From: Podarcis erhardii
Taxonomy: Eukaryota
NCBI GenBank assembly: GCA_964252035.1
Contig: OZ176201.1
Length of the DNA stretch: 64,000 nt
Direction: 5' to 3' (one strand)
This document shows positions 62,320 to 64,000 of the stretch, in pieces. Under the pieces are notes generated by a model. The model saw only the letters and a program-made list of their open reading frames with translations, did no database searches and was not told where the DNA came from. The translations under genes and the position numbers were made by a program. The first letter of the stretch is position 1; each line of letters starts with the position of its first letter.

Positions 62320-63375
62320 AATGGTTGCTCTCAAAACGACGATTGCCTCTTTCAAGTAGCAAAGACTCTTAAAACTGCACAACCACAGGGCGCCCCAGGT
62401 CAGCCGCTTGCAAAGCGATTTTCAAGTCTGAAAAACACGCCGAAAAGAAGCGGAAGGAGGGAGGCAGGGACGGAGGGAGGAAGAGAGAGAGAATTTCAAA
62501 CCAGGGCCATCGGAGGCAGGATTGGAAGTAGGGAAGGGAGAGAGAATCTGGAAAAGTGATGAAGGATTTGGCGATGAATGAGTCCGAGGTGGGGAGGGGA
62601 GGGGAGAGAGCTCGCACTGTGCAAACATCACACATCTCCAAAATACAAATAACAAGACAGCCTGCCAGCGAGGAGGACTGGCAATCCTTTGGGCCACGAC
62701 AAACAAACGCACGCAAATGAACCGCGCCACGCGGAAGGTTATTGCAGCAGCTAACTTTGGGAGTGATGCTAAATGGATCCGGCAGAGCTGTCCTCCCATG
62801 GGGCTCGATCGGCCCACCGGAAAGCTCGGCATAACCTGCCACCCCTTCCCTACGCAAACACAAAGGCGCCTGCACTCTTCCAGTCGCGGACAGACACACA
62901 CTTAATTCCCTCCCCTCCGACCCGAACAAACCTCTCGTCGTCCATTGTGCGCAGCCGGAGTGGAGCTTGAACTCTGCATGCACCCTCGTCTCCTGGCCTC
63001 GGGCAACGCCGCCGCCGCGTCTCCCACCGTTGTCCTCCTTGATCGGGGCGCAGCGAGCCGGCCGAATCCGTCAGCGCCTGTGATTCAGCATGGCTGCAGT
63101 CGGCTCCCCTCCTTCCCTCCGCGGAGCTGCTTCCTCCTGCTCCTAAAGCAACAGCAGCAGCAGAGCTTAGCGTTGCAGCAGCAAACAGAACACTCCCTAC
63201 CCAGAGCTCCCCGCTGCTGCTGCTCTTGCTCCAGCCTCGGCAGCCCACTCCCTTCTGCCTCGCCTCCTCCCGCTCCAAGCTTGCTACTCTACTAGTCTCC
63301 TGGCAACAGCAGTTGTGGGCATAGGTGCATTTGCACCGCCCCAGATGCTGCATTTGCACAGTGCATCCTCGGGGC
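62320..63375. promoter_or_regulatory. CpG island / KLHL3 promoter, 5' UTR and start of intron 1
   Basis: Sharp rise in GC and CpG relative to the CpG-poor flanks; contains coding exon 1; GC box CCGCCCC at 63336-63342. Confidence 0.85.
62932..62945 (-). CDS. KLHL3: KLHL3 coding exon 1 (MDDE-S)
   Basis: gcgcacaATGGACGACGAGAG|gtttgt: strong Kozak (A-3, G+4), 14 coding nt in phase 2 like human MEGES exon 1, inside the CpG island. Confidence 0.85.
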
Positions 63376-64000
63376 CTTTTTTATTTTAAACACACACACT
63401 TGGCAAATGCAAGAGAAATCACGTGCTTTTCTCCTGATCTGGTAATTCACCCTGCTCCTAGAACTGACGCTTTTTTTGGTTCCCTTCTTTCTTTTTTTCT
63501 ACGGATGCATGAGCATTACATCATTTATCTATCTGGATTTTGATCCCGTCCTGTTCTAAAGTCCCCCAGCACAGGGAGCCACCTACTTATCACATAGGTA
63601 AAAGGCCGGTGAAAAGAGGAAATATTAACATCCAATGACACCAACCCTAGAATTAAAAGTATTTCAGAGTGGGCAAGGGCAAACTGATGCAAGTATTAGA
63701 ATGCAAGGCAACTCATCTGAACCACTGGCTAGGCTCTCCTCTTGCAGCCGCAGAAAAACATCCTGGGAAATCTAGGCTGTATTCCTAAACTAAAAAGCAG
63801 TCCCCACTGAACTTGGAGCATGCAGGTGACCAAGTTCCCAGTGGGATTTGACTCACCCTTAAATGCCATACAAAGCTCAAACACACTTGCTGAGCTATAA
63901 CTTTTATTGTAATCACTGCAGCAGGGATCAAGCCTGCAGATTCCCATTCACTAAAAACCCTTCACTAGTTTGCCTATTTTCTATCTTATTGAATAGTTCT

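Larger units (their letters stand above)
25441..62945 (-). other. KLHL3: KLHL3 gene, coding span (15 coding exons, 1758 nt CDS, 585 aa)
   Basis: Spliced translation [50 protein letters not shown]...GVAVIHKPL* matches recalled human KLHL3 (BTB, BACK, 6 Kelch repeats). Exon lengths 14/114/107/122/163/110/117/150/118/198/102/129/141/144/29 sum to 1758. All junctions are GT-AG with compatible phases. Apart from the 6-nt-shorter exon 2, lengths match human as recalled. Confidence 0.97.

Noticed and set aside
25470-62931. miR-874, which lies in a human KLHL3 intron
   Set aside because: No match to the recalled mature sequence was noticed, and it is thought to be mammal-restricted. The visual search was not exhaustive.
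62369-62983. 204-aa and 159-aa minus-strand ORFs and several plus-strand ORFs in the CpG island
   Set aside because: Stop-codon depletion in GC-rich DNA; they run through the exon 1 donor into intron 1 and resemble no protein family.

Overview
Vertebrate genomic DNA, most likely a lacertid lizard (inferred from the Sauria SINE subfamily and squamate MITEs). The window holds one complete protein-coding gene, KLHL3 (BTB-BACK-Kelch substrate adaptor of the CUL3 ligase for WNK kinases), on the minus strand. Its 15 coding exons run from ATG 62945 to TGA 25441 (1758 nt, 585 aa). All introns are GT-AG with consistent phases. The gene starts in a CpG island (~62.3-63.4 kb) and probably has a ~5.7 kb 3' UTR ending near 19.75 kb. 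Bases 1-19.7 kb appear gene-free. Introns and intergenic DNA carry many TEs: L1, L2, CR1 and Penelope fragments, Sauria and other tRNA-derived SINEs, and Tc1/mariner, hAT and Harbinger-like MITEs, with two nested insertions. Most interesting: (1) a young Penelope-derived insertion with a 13-bp TSD, a ~70-bp near-perfect hairpin and an intact minimal hammerhead ribozyme in the KLHL3 sense orientation in intron 5; (2) candidate alternative exons in introns 2 and 4 with perfect donors and in-frame ATGs; (3) a uORF/overlapping-ORF leader. All analysis was by eye. TE family names come from recalled consensus sequences and need RepeatMasker/Dfam confirmation.
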